This document shows positions 9,823 to 18,969 of a stretch of DNA of 64,000 nucleotides, piece by piece; position 1 is the stretch's first letter, and the number at the start of each line of letters is the position of its first letter. The stretch covers positions 128,001-192,000 of the forward strand of contig CAWDDT010000010.1 of assembly GCA_963801165.1 (NCBI GenBank), written 5' to 3'. Position numbers and translations under genes: made by a program. The notes beneath the pieces are model-generated. The model had not been told where the DNA came from. It worked only from the letters and a program-made list of their open reading frames with translations, and searched no databases. Source of the stretch: an uncultured bacterium. Its GTDB lineage: Bacteria > Actinomycetota > Acidimicrobiia > Spongiisociales > UBA5794.

Positions 9823-11160
9823 ATGTTCGACACGATCAGCGATAGGTTCAGCGACGTCTTCGTCCGGTTGCGCGGCAAGGGCCGGCTTTCGGAGTCCGAT
9901 GTCGACGCTGCGTTGCGCGAGGTGCGGTTGGCGCTTCTCGAGGCCGACGTCAACGTCGGCGTGGTCAAGTCGTTCCTGGCACGGGTCAAGGAGAGGGCCC
10001 TGGGCATCGACGTTGCCAAGAGCCTCACGCCGGGCCAGCAAGTCATCAAGATCGTCCACGAGGAGCTTATCAACACCCTTGGCGAGGAAGTGCCGCTGAA
10101 ACGCCCGTCCGCACCTCCTCTGGTAATTCTCATGGCAGGTCTCCAGGGCTCGGGTAAGACGACGTCGGCGGCCAAGCTGGCCCGGCTCCTGAAGGCGAAG
10201 GGAAGGCGCCCGCTCCTGGTGGCCGCCGATCTGCAACGCCCTGCGGCCATCGACCAGCTCGAGACGCTCGGCAAGAGGGTCGGGGTACCCGTCTACGTGG
10301 ACAGGAAGGCCAAGGCTCCGAAACTCGCCAAGGCCGCTCTCAAGCATGCCCGGCAGGAGGGCCACAACGTCGTGATCATCGACACCGCCGGCCGACTCCA
10401 GATCGACGACGACCTGATGAAGGAGCTGGCGGCGGTCAGGAAGGCCGCCGAGCCGGACGAGACTCTGCTCGTGGTCGACGCCATGACCGGTCAGGAAGCG
10501 GTCAACGTTGCCAAGGGCTTTCTCGACTACACGGAGCTGACGGGGCTCGTGATGACGAAGCTGGATGGTGACGCGCGGGGCGGAGCCGCCATCTCCGCTC
10601 GCGAGGTGACGGGTTGCCCGATCAAGTTCGTCGGTCTTGGCGAGGGTCTCGATGATCTCGATGTCTTCTACCCCGAGCGGATGGCGTCCCGGATCCTCGG
10701 CATGGGCGACGTGCTGACCCTCATCGAGAAGGCGGAGACCGCCTACAACGAGGAGGAAGCCCAGAAGGCAGCCGAGAAGCTGCGTACCGCCAGCTTCGAT
10801 CTCGAGGACTTCCTCGAGCAGTTCCAGCAGCTGAGAAAAATGGGCCCGCTGCAAAACCTGATTAGTATGCTGCCGGGCGCCGGACAGGCGCTTCGTGACG
10901 TCGAGGTCAACGAGAAGGACCTCGGCCGCGTTGAGGCCATCATCAGATCGATGACCTCGACGGAGCGCCACGATCCGAAAACCATCAACGGGAGTCGGAA
11001 GCGGCGCATCGCGGCCGGATCGGGAACCCGGCCGCAGGATGTCAACGCCGTCCTCAAACAGTTCTCGGAAGCACAGAAGATGATGAAGATGATCGCTGGT
11101 GGGAAGAGCCCGATACCGGGGCTGAGCCTGCCGGGGATCGGTCGCAACAAGAAGAGGTGA
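9823..11160 (+). CDS. ffh: Signal recognition particle protein Ffh
   Basis: GLQGSGKTT, DTAGR, TKLDGDARGG and M-domain SRKRRIAAGSG. Confidence 0.98.
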   Translation: MFDTISDRFSDVFVRLRGKGRLSESDVDAALREVRLALLEADVNVGVVKSFLARVKERALGIDVAKSLTPGQQVIKIVHEELINTLGEEVPLKRPSAPPLVILMAGLQGSGKTTSAAKLARLLKAKGRRPLLVAADLQRPAAIDQLETLGKRVGVPVYVDRKAKAPKLAKAALKHARQEGHNVVIIDTAGRLQIDDDLMKELAAVRKAAEPDETLLVVDAMTGQEAVNVAKGFLDYTELTGLVMTKLDGDARGGAAISAREVTGCPIKFVGLGEGLDDLDVFYPERMASRILGMGDVLTLIEKAETAYNEEEAQKAAEKLRTASFDLEDFLEQFQQLRKMGPLQNLISMLPGAGQALRDVEVNEKDLGRVEAIIRSMTSTERHDPKTINGSRKRRIAAGSGTRPQDVNAVLKQFSEAQKMMKMIAGGKSPIPGLSLPGIGRNKKR

Positions 11161-11165
11161 AGTAG

Positions 11166-11672
11166 ATGTCGGTCAAGATCCGCCTGACGCGGATGGGCAA
11201 GAAGAAGCAACCGTCGTACCGCGTCGTTGTGGTGGACTCGCGCAGGCCGCGCGACGGAGCCTATATCGAGCAGATCGGTTTCTACGATCCCCGCTCCGAG
11301 CCCTCGCGCGTCGACATCGACAACGAGCGAGCACTCGATTGGTTGCACAAGGGCGCCCAGCCAACAGAGCGTGCCAAGAAACTTCTGGAGATCTCGGGCG
11401 CCTGGACTCGCTTCGCCATCGATCGTGGCGACATTCACACCATCGGCGGTCCCGCTCCCAAGCCCCAGGCCGAGCCGGCGCCAAAGGTCAAGCCGAAGCC
11501 GGTGGCTGAGGTGGCGGCCGAGGTGGAGCCGGTTGCTGAGGTGGTGGCCGAGGTGGAGCCGGTTGCTGAGGTGGTGGCCGAGGTGGAGCCCGCATCCGAG
11601 GTGGTGGCCGAGGTGGATGCGGTCGTGGAATCCGACAGTGAGCAAGCAACCGAAGTCTCCAAGGACGAATAG
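11166..11672 (+). CDS. rpsP: 30S ribosomal protein S16 with repetitive acidic tail
   Basis: MSVKIRLTRMGKKKQPSYRVVVVDSR..RDG. Confidence 0.97.
   Translation: MSVKIRLTRMGKKKQPSYRVVVVDSRRPRDGAYIEQIGFYDPRSEPSRVDIDNERALDWLHKGAQPTERAKKLLEISGAWTRFAIDRGDIHTIGGPAPKPQAEPAPKVKPKPVAEVAAEVEPVAEVVAEVEPVAEVVAEVEPASEVVAEVDAVVESDSEQATEVSKDE
11497..11617 (+). repeat. Four 30-bp tandem repeats (EPVAEVVAEV) in the S16 tail
   Basis: Two central copies identical, outer copies slightly diverged. Confidence 0.92.
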
Positions 11673-11923
11673 TGGAACAGGGACAGATTGTTGACAAGGT
11701 CGTCAGGTATGTCACCGAGCAGATTGTCGACGACGCCTCGAGCGTCGAGGTCGAGGTGGTCAGCGACGGTGAAGACTCCGTAGTCGCCGAGGTGCGTACG
11801 GCCAAGAAGGACATGGGTCGGGTCATCGGCAGACGTGGGCGTGTCGCCCGGGCAATCCGGGCCGTGGCGCGAGCGGCAGGTGACGAAGAGGGTCTCGACG
11901 TTCAGGTCGAGTTTCTCGATTAG
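11672..11923 (+). CDS. khpA: KH-domain RNA-binding protein KhpA
   Basis: DMGRVIGRRGRVARAIR; conserved position after rpsP. Confidence 0.92.
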   Translation: MEQGQIVDKVVRYVTEQIVDDASSVEVEVVSDGEDSVVAEVRTAKKDMGRVIGRRGRVARAIRAVARAAGDEEGLDVQVEFLD

Positions 11924-12022
11924 TCGAATGCCCGCCGAGGTTCATGGCGTCTCGCATGGTGGGCGCTATCGAGTTGGCGTCGCCCTGCCGGTCCGGGTGA
12001 CCCCGATGCCCGGCATCGAGCG

Positions 12023-12532
12023 ATGAGCGCGAACCAGGAGGGTTTCGTCAAGGTCGGGTACCTCAGGCGCGCTCACGGCATCAAGGGCGCCGTCATCGTC
12101 GCGGTACTCGGTGATGAGACCGGGCAGTTCAGGCGGGAGCGTGTGCTCGGCACCGACCGGGACGGGCTCCCGCGGCTCACCGTGTTGGCAGCTAGCCCCC
12201 ACCGGGACGGTCTTCTCGTCACATTTGCTGAAATCTCCGAGCGTGATCGCGCCGAGGAGCTTCGGGGCACGTCGCTGTTGGTCGCCGCCGCCGACAGGAG
12301 GGTGCTCGAAGAAGACGAATACCGGCCCGAGCAACTGATCGGTCTGGATGTCATCGGCAGCGACGGCGCGCACATCGGCGAGGTGACGGGGTTGGTAACT
12401 GGTCCCCAGGACCGCCTGGTCGTGACTACAGGCGACGGCGAGCGTGAGGTACCGTTTGTGGCGGCGATCGTTACCGAGGTCGACCTCCGCTCGGGCTTCG
12501 TGGTCCTCGATCCACCCGACGGTTTGCTCTAG
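12023..12532 (+). CDS. rimM: Ribosome maturation factor RimM
   Basis: VGYLRRAHGIKG, AEELRG, EVPFV and PPDGLL. Confidence 0.95.
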   Translation: MSANQEGFVKVGYLRRAHGIKGAVIVAVLGDETGQFRRERVLGTDRDGLPRLTVLAASPHRDGLLVTFAEISERDRAEELRGTSLLVAAADRRVLEEDEYRPEQLIGLDVIGSDGAHIGEVTGLVTGPQDRLVVTTGDGEREVPFVAAIVTEVDLRSGFVVLDPPDGLL

Positions 12533-12540
12533 GCCTCGAG

Positions 12541-13458
12541 CTATTGCTGGGGTGGTTCGGCCGGATTTGAAGAGGTGGCGTCGATGGCGACGGTCACCGC
12601 CTCCTCAGCGTCACCATCGGGCGTGACGACGAGATCGAGCGGGACGGCCGGGACGTCGTGGAAGGTCGTCGCAAACTCGCGCCACAGCCCGTTGCCCGGC
12701 AGCGGCGATGCCGTCCCCGTGGCTGCGACGTTCTGGTCCCCCCGGCCGATGAGATCGACGGTCACGGTCTGATACGACCCCTTGACGTATCCGGAGACTA
12801 GAAGCGGGCTGTCCACCGGTCCCGCCGGCGGGCTCACCACAACTACCGTCGCGCCTGTGGCGGCCCCGAGCACCGGCTGTGCGTCCGGCTGTTCCATGAC
12901 GTCGATCACGATCCGGCTGGGAGAGTCGACCTCGTAGGCGCGTAAGGCATACGACCGACCCGCGGCGAGGTGCATGTCGATGGCGAGATTGGTCGCGGTG
13001 GCCACTACGTAAGCGCGTTTCACCAGGTTGCCATCGAGCAACGAATCGGCAACAGCGGAGCGGTTGATGTCGGCGGGCAGGCTCACCCGGACAACACCGG
13101 TAGGGGCGTCATACTCGACGCCGACGGGGTCGAGCCGGCCCGCCGGAGCCCCATCTGCCGTCAGGAAATCCACCATCACCTGCTCGCACCCCGGATAGCT
13201 CGTCCAGCGGATTCCGGAGATCTGTGTGGCGTCACCATCCGCACCACCAAAGGCGGATATCAGCCCGTCGCGGGCGAACGGCCGGTTGCCGGTCGAACAA
13301 GGCGAGTCCCCCGGGAGTGTGGTCGCAGGAGCTGTAGTCGCGATTCCGGTCCCTGCGGCCTCAGTGGTAGTCGTGGTCGTTGTAGACGACTCGGGTTCCA
13401 GATACGAGCAACCGGCGATGAGGCCAACGAGGGCGACGAGAAGCAGGTGACGGAACAT
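12541..13458 (-). CDS. Lipoprotein with AMIN-like and Gmad2-like Ig domains
   Basis: Lipobox LIAGC, Thr-rich linker, SPSRIVIDV and VVSPPAG..SPLLVSG. Confidence 0.7.
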   Translation of the reverse strand: MFRHLLLVALVGLIAGCSYLEPESSTTTTTTTEAAGTGIATTAPATTLPGDSPCSTGNRPFARDGLISAFGGADGDATQISGIRWTSYPGCEQVMVDFLTADGAPAGRLDPVGVEYDAPTGVVRVSLPADINRSAVADSLLDGNLVKRAYVVATATNLAIDMHLAAGRSYALRAYEVDSPSRIVIDVMEQPDAQPVLGAATGATVVVVSPPAGPVDSPLLVSGYVKGSYQTVTVDLIGRGDQNVAATGTASPLPGNGLWREFATTFHDVPAVPLDLVVTPDGDAEEAVTVAIDATSSNPAEPPQQ

Positions 13459-13581
13459 CGCAGCGAGCTTACCGAGCTGGGCGTTTTGGGGGGCCGACGG
13501 CCGGCGATTCGCTAATTCCAGCCGTGCAGCAGCCGACCGGGGGGAGTGGTACGGGTGTACCAGTGACGCCGACTAGGGGCC

Positions 13582-15426
13582 ATGATGAGAAAACTGCTCA
13601 ACTGGAAGAAGACGATCTCGTTCAAGATGTGGATCTCGCCTGTGATCGCCATGGTGGTGATCGCGGGAATCATCGCGATTGCGGTGCAGCACCAGCACAC
13701 CCTGGTGCAGGTCAACCTCGAGTCCAAGACGAGAGAACACGTCGAGACCGCCATGAGCGTGGTCGAGGCGGCGTATGCGTCCGAGCAGAGTGGGGAGAAG
13801 ACCCGCGAAGAGGCGCAAGCAGACGCGCTCAGCACGATCGCCGCTATGCGCTACGACGGGTCTCAGTACTTCTGGATCAACGACCACACCCCGACGGTCA
13901 TCATGCATCCGATCAAGCCAGAGCTGGACGGCACCGACGTCTCCGGCATGGAAGACAGCAACGGCGTGAAGATCTTCGTCGAATTCACGAAGACCGTTGA
14001 AGCCAATGGCGCCGGATTCGTATCCTACCTCTGGCCAAAGCCCGGTCAGGATGCGCCCGAAGCGAAGATCTCGTACGTTGCCGGCTTCGAACCGTGGGGC
14101 TGGATCATCGGCACCGGGATCTACGAGAGCGACGTTGCCGGGTTGGTCTCGGAGGAAGTGAACTCCGGGACGACAGTCCTGCTGCTGATGGCTCTCGGCG
14201 CTCTTCTTCTCATTGCACCCGTCACGTGGTGGATCAGCCGCCGCATTTCGCGGTCGCTCAAGGCGATGTCGCAGACCGCCGAGCAACTGGCGACGACCGA
14301 CCTGGTCGAGCTGCGCGATGCCGCCGACGCCATCGCCGGCGGTGACCTGACCCGGTCCGTCACCGTAAACGCAGCGCGCCTCGACGTGCGCTCAGATGAC
14401 GAGATCGGCGCAACCCAGCGATCTTTCAACGACATGCTCGACCGCATCACCGAAGCGGGCGGAGCGATGGATCGGATGACCAAGTCGCTGCGCGACCTCG
14501 TAAGGAGCGTCAGTGCGATCGCCAGCGAGGTCGACGCCGGATCCGAAGGGCTGGCGAGCGCCTCCGATGAGGGTGCCAGGGCAGCGGCGGGGGTGGCAAC
14601 CTCCATCACCGATGTGGCGACTGCGGCGTCAAGCAACGCCGATACCAGTCGTGAGGTCGACAACGCAGTCCGCACCATCACCGAAGAGCTCGCGTCCGCG
14701 CTGCCGGCTATCTCGGCTGTTTCCGAAGCGTCCCAGAAGGCCGAGCTGCGCACCGCCGAGGGGGAGCAGCGGGTGGCTGAGGCTGTGAGCACAATGGACA
14801 CGATCGCCGACTCGATCACCAGGATCTCGGACCGTGTGCTCGAAATGGGGGCCCATTCCCAGAAGGTAGAGCAGATCGTCGATGTGATTCGCGCGATTGC
14901 CGAGCAGACCAATCTCCTTGCCCTGAACGCCGCCATTGAGGCTGCGCGGGCAGGTGAGCATGGGCGCGGGTTCTCGGTTGTGGCCAGCGAGGTCAAGACG
15001 CTGGCTGAGGAGTCGGCCGCTTCGACCGACCAGATCGCCGACATCGTCCTTCAGATAAAGACCCTCCTCGACGGGCTCGTCCAGGAGATGAGCTCCGGCC
15101 GGGAAGGAGTATCCGCCGGTGCCGAGGTCGTCGCGTCGGCCGGTGCGGCGTTCTCGTCGATCGCCGAGTCGGTACGAGAGATCTCTGCGCGCGTAGCAGC
15201 GGTCGACAACTCGGCGAAGGGGATACAGCTCGCAACCGAGATGATTGGTGAGCGGGCGGGCTCGCTTGTCGGGCTCGCCGACGAGACATCCACTTCCTCG
15301 GAGATGGTGGCGGCCGCGGCCGAGGAATCGGCGGCCACGTCTCAGGAGATCGGCGCCACGGCCGAGGTGCTCTCGACGGCAGCAGCCCGGTTGCAGGACA
15401 GCCTCACCCGGTTCCGCGTCGACTGA
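13582..15426 (+). CDS. Methyl-accepting chemotaxis protein (Cache sensor, HAMP, signalling domain)
   Basis: Two TM segments, YFWIND..MHP and YLWPKPG Cache motifs, [34 protein letters not shown]. Confidence 0.96.
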   Translation: MMRKLLNWKKTISFKMWISPVIAMVVIAGIIAIAVQHQHTLVQVNLESKTREHVETAMSVVEAAYASEQSGEKTREEAQADALSTIAAMRYDGSQYFWINDHTPTVIMHPIKPELDGTDVSGMEDSNGVKIFVEFTKTVEANGAGFVSYLWPKPGQDAPEAKISYVAGFEPWGWIIGTGIYESDVAGLVSEEVNSGTTVLLLMALGALLLIAPVTWWISRRISRSLKAMSQTAEQLATTDLVELRDAADAIAGGDLTRSVTVNAARLDVRSDDEIGATQRSFNDMLDRITEAGGAMDRMTKSLRDLVRSVSAIASEVDAGSEGLASASDEGARAAAGVATSITDVATAASSNADTSREVDNAVRTITEELASALPAISAVSEASQKAELRTAEGEQRVAEAVSTMDTIADSITRISDRVLEMGAHSQKVEQIVDVIRAIAEQTNLLALNAAIEAARAGEHGRGFSVVASEVKTLAEESAASTDQIADIVLQIKTLLDGLVQEMSSGREGVSAGAEVVASAGAAFSSIAESVREISARVAAVDNSAKGIQLATEMIGERAGSLVGLADETSTSSEMVAAAAEESAATSQEIGATAEVLSTAAARLQDSLTRFRVD

Positions 15427-15517
15427 CGCGATCATTCTTTGCCGACGGTTGTCCCTGACCTAACGATCCCTTGACTCTGGCGGTGCCATGCTCGCGGCAT
15501 CGACAGAAAGGATCGCA

Positions 15518-15781
15518 ATGGTCACGGTGTGGATCGATCCGACCGAGTGCATGGGCGCAGGAACCTGCGAGCAGCTCGTCCCCGAGGTATTTGTCGCCAG
15601 GACGGACGGCCTCTGGGCCGTCAAAGAAGCCGGCGAGTTCTTTGGCCGCGAGCGGGTGTTCGACGGTGCGCAGTCGCCCCAAGGCAGTGACGGGAGGGCG
15701 CGTGTGCCCGAGGATCTCGTCGAGTTCGTCGTGGATGCCGCAGAGCAGTGTCCCGGTGAGTGCATCTATCTCGAAGGGTGA
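15518..15781 (+). CDS. Monocluster ferredoxin (likely 3Fe-4S)
   Basis: CMGAGTC...CPGECI; GAAAGGA RBS. Confidence 0.88.
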   Translation: MVTVWIDPTECMGAGTCEQLVPEVFVARTDGLWAVKEAGEFFGRERVFDGAQSPQGSDGRARVPEDLVEFVVDAAEQCPGECIYLEG

Positions 15782-15850
15782 CGGCCTCGAAGGGTGACGG
15801 CCTCGAAGGGTGACGGCCTCGAAGGGTGACGGCCTCGAAGGGTGACGGCC
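15770..15850 (+). repeat. Five perfect 16-bp repeats CTCGAAGGGTGACGGC spanning the ferredoxin stop codon
   Basis: Directly visible. Confidence 0.97.
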
Positions 15851-15927
15851 CCGCAGGGCGCGCAGTTCCGGTCGCGTTCGATACGACCGTCGTCGTAGTT
15901 CGAGCCGGCCGGTGATAGCGTTGCGCC

Positions 15928-17070
15928 ATGCCGTTTCCATCCCCAGATCCCGACCTGGCGGTTGCGTTCGTAGCCGGGCACCGCGATCCGGTGCCGTTGT
16001 TCGCACAAGCGCGGCGTCTCCGCGACGAGGGCAAAGGCAAGACCGTGACGTATTCCCGCAAGGTTTTCGTCCCGGTCACGACGCTGTGCCGTGACACTTG
16101 CTCTTATTGCACGTTCGCCAAACCGCCCGGCGCCGGGGGCCAGTACCTGACACCGGAAGACGCGCTGGCGATTGTCACCGCAGGCGCCTCCTACGGGTGC
16201 ACCGAGGCACTGCTCACCCTCGGCGACAACCCGGAGCAGCGATGGCCACAGGCGAGGGAGTTCCTCGGCAGCGTCGGTGCTCAATCCACGGTCGACTACG
16301 TAAGAATGCTCAGCGAGATGATCGTCCGGGAGACGCCGCTGTTTCCGCACGCCAATCCCGGTCTTCTCGACGATGCGGCCATTCGTGCGCTTCGCCCCAG
16401 CAACCCGTCGATGGGGCTCATGTTGGAGAACGTCTCGCCGCGACTTCTCGAGCCGGGGATGCCCCACCACAACTGTCCCGACAAGGATCCGGTGCTGAGG
16501 CTGGAGACAATCGCCGCGGCAGGTAGGCAACGTGTGCCCTTCACAACGGGTGTCCTCGTTGGGATCGGCGAGACCGCAGAGGAGTTGGTCGACTCGCTGT
16601 TTGCCATCGCCGCCATGCACAGCCGCTATGGCTCGATTCAGGAGGTGATCGTCCAGAACTTCCGGGCCAAAGCCGACACTCTGATGCGGCGCAGCGCCGA
16701 GCCCACGGTTCAGTTCTTTGCGCGGGTGGTGGCGGTCGCGAGGTGGATCCTCGGTGCAGAGATGAATCTCCAGGTACCGCCGAACCTCACCGAGGATTTC
16801 GGGGTGTATCTCGATGCCGGTATCAACGACTGGGGTGGCGTTTCCCCGCTCACGATCGACTGGGTCAACCCGGAGGCGCCCTGGCCTCATCTCGAGAAAC
16901 TGGCCAGGGTCACCGAGGACAAGGGGTTCACTCTAAAGCCACGTCTCCCCGTCTATCCCGAGTTCATCGACGAGGAGTGGATCGACCCGGGGCTTCTCGC
17001 GAGAGTGCGCGCCGTGGTGGATGACGAGGGCTACGCTCGCGTACCTCAACTGCAGGAGTGGCCAACATGA
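15928..17070 (+). CDS. cofG: FO synthase subunit CofG (radical SAM)
   Basis: VTYSRKVFVP, CRDTCSYC, HHNCPDKDP, QNFRAK, QVPPNL and DWGGVSPLTIDWVNPEAPWP. Confidence 0.93.
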   Translation: MPFPSPDPDLAVAFVAGHRDPVPLFAQARRLRDEGKGKTVTYSRKVFVPVTTLCRDTCSYCTFAKPPGAGGQYLTPEDALAIVTAGASYGCTEALLTLGDNPEQRWPQAREFLGSVGAQSTVDYVRMLSEMIVRETPLFPHANPGLLDDAAIRALRPSNPSMGLMLENVSPRLLEPGMPHHNCPDKDPVLRLETIAAAGRQRVPFTTGVLVGIGETAEELVDSLFAIAAMHSRYGSIQEVIVQNFRAKADTLMRRSAEPTVQFFARVVAVARWILGAEMNLQVPPNLTEDFGVYLDAGINDWGGVSPLTIDWVNPEAPWPHLEKLARVTEDKGFTLKPRLPVYPEFIDEEWIDPGLLARVRAVVDDEGYARVPQLQEWPT

Positions 17071-18956
17071 GAGAGTCAATCACGTTTCTCCGGTTGCGAC
17101 CGGCGAGTGTCGTCAACGAGCTGTGGGCGGCCACCCGGCGTCGCGAAGGGACGACCGCCGTTGAGGTGGAGCACCTCGATGAGGCTACGAGGGCGTCGGC
17201 GCTCGGTGGGGGCCTCGCTCCTGTTTCCCTGGGCCCGGCAGACGCGGAGCCCATGGCCTGGGTGCTCGAACCCGGTGACGTCGCCGCCCTGGTCAAGCAG
17301 GGCGCGAACGGGTGGCGGATCACCGTGGTCGACAACTCAGATCGCGCTGCGGTCCTCGATGCACTGGCGCGTAGCCGGGCGGCGTTTGTCAGAACCGGCC
17401 GTAGCCGTGTCGAGGAGATCGCCGAGCTGGTTGGTCTGCCCGGCATCGCGGCCCGGGTTTCGGTGTTCGTCGACACACCGGCCGAGGCGGTGCGTGCTGT
17501 GGTCGCCGGTGCCCGCGATCTGCTGTTGCGAGGTTGGACGACTGATGCGCTCGGCGAGATGCGATTGGCGCTCGAAGGCTACGAGTTGATCGAGCGTGGA
17601 GCGCTCCCGATCGGGGTGACGGTCGACGAGGCACGCTCGGTGCTGCCCGGCGAGCTGTTCACTGCCTATCTGCACCAGATCGACGGCTCGGGTGCGATCC
17701 GCCCCCGCTACGAATGGGCCCCGGGCATGGATGTACCGGCACCGGTCCCCGACGGCCGTCTGTCTGCGCAGTGGGCCGATGAAGCCTGGGTCGATTCCGA
17801 GTTCACTCTCGACATGGACACACTCGATTCCGAGCTGGCGGGGATTCTGGAGCGTTCCCTGGATGGGTCGGCGCCGACCCGTGACGAGGTGGAGCGTTTG
17901 TTCCGCGCCCGCGGCGACGAGGTTGACGCCATCGCGGTAGTAGCCGATCGGCTCCGGGAGCGGGCGAACGGTGGGGTGGTGACCTACGTCGTCAACCGGA
18001 ACATCAATTACACGAACCAATGCACGTTCCGGTGCGGCTTCTGTGCGTTTTCGAAGGGCCCCAGGTCGCTGAATCTGAGAGGCGAGCCCTACCTGATGTC
18101 GATTCCCCAGGTCGTGGAGAGGGCCGTCGAGGCCTGGGACCGGGGGGCTACCGAGGTGTGTCTCCAGGGCGGTATCCATCCCGACTTCACCGGCGACTTC
18201 TACGTGACGGTCGTCGAGTCGATCAAGGAATACCTCCCCGGCATGCACATTCACGGGTTCACGCCACTCGAGGTGTGGCAGGGCGCCGAGACACTCGCTG
18301 TCCCGGTGCGCGATTTCCTCACCCGGCTCCGCGACGCCGGGCTGGGGACGCTGCCGGGCACGGCCGCAGAGATTCTCGACGACACCGTGCGTGTCCATCT
18401 GTGCCCCGACAAGATCCGTACCGCCCAGTGGGCGGAGGTGATGATCACGGCTCACGAGTTGGGTCTGCGCTCGACCGCAACGATCATGTTCGGACACATC
18501 GACTCGCCTGCAGCGTGGGCGAACCACTTTGACGTGTTGCGGGCGATCCAGCGGCGCACCGGTGGCATCACCGAAATCGTTCCGCTCCCGTTCGTCCACA
18601 TGGGCGCACCGATCTACCTGCGCGGTGGTGCCCGGCCGGGACCCACCTGGGACGAGGTCGTTCTGATCCACAGCGTGGCCCGGATCGCTTTCGACGGGCT
18701 TGTCGACAACATCCAGGCATCGTGGGTCAAGCTAGGTCTCGACGCCGGCGCCCGGCTGCTGCAGGCGGGGTGCAACGATCTGGGCGGCACGATCATGGAC
18801 GAGACGATCTCACGTTCTGCGGGGGCGGCCCACGGCACATCCGTCGAGGCCGGGGACCTGGAGGCGATCATTCGGTCGATCGGCCGGATCCCCGCCAGAC
18901 GCAACACGGTGTACGACATCCTGGAGACGTCACCCGTCGCTGAGCGGCAGGTCTGA
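17067..18956 (+). CDS. cofH: FO synthase subunit CofH with ~250-aa N-terminal extension
   Basis: TYVVNRNINYTNQCTFRCGFCAF, QGGIHP, PGTAAEILDD and NIQASWVKLG; ATGA-coupled to cofG. Confidence 0.9.
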   Translation: MRESITFLRLRPASVVNELWAATRRREGTTAVEVEHLDEATRASALGGGLAPVSLGPADAEPMAWVLEPGDVAALVKQGANGWRITVVDNSDRAAVLDALARSRAAFVRTGRSRVEEIAELVGLPGIAARVSVFVDTPAEAVRAVVAGARDLLLRGWTTDALGEMRLALEGYELIERGALPIGVTVDEARSVLPGELFTAYLHQIDGSGAIRPRYEWAPGMDVPAPVPDGRLSAQWADEAWVDSEFTLDMDTLDSELAGILERSLDGSAPTRDEVERLFRARGDEVDAIAVVADRLRERANGGVVTYVVNRNINYTNQCTFRCGFCAFSKGPRSLNLRGEPYLMSIPQVVERAVEAWDRGATEVCLQGGIHPDFTGDFYVTVVESIKEYLPGMHIHGFTPLEVWQGAETLAVPVRDFLTRLRDAGLGTLPGTAAEILDDTVRVHLCPDKIRTAQWAEVMITAHELGLRSTATIMFGHIDSPAAWANHFDVLRAIQRRTGGITEIVPLPFVHMGAPIYLRGGARPGPTWDEVVLIHSVARIAFDGLVDNIQASWVKLGLDAGARLLQAGCNDLGGTIMDETISRSAGAAHGTSVEAGDLEAIIRSIGRIPARRNTVYDILETSPVAERQV

Positions 18957-18969
18957 GCGGGAGGGCGCC

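Noticed and set aside
17067-18956. CofH-like gene as menaquinone enzyme MqnC/MqnE
   Set aside because: Coupling to cofG and the NIQASWVKLG motif favour CofH.
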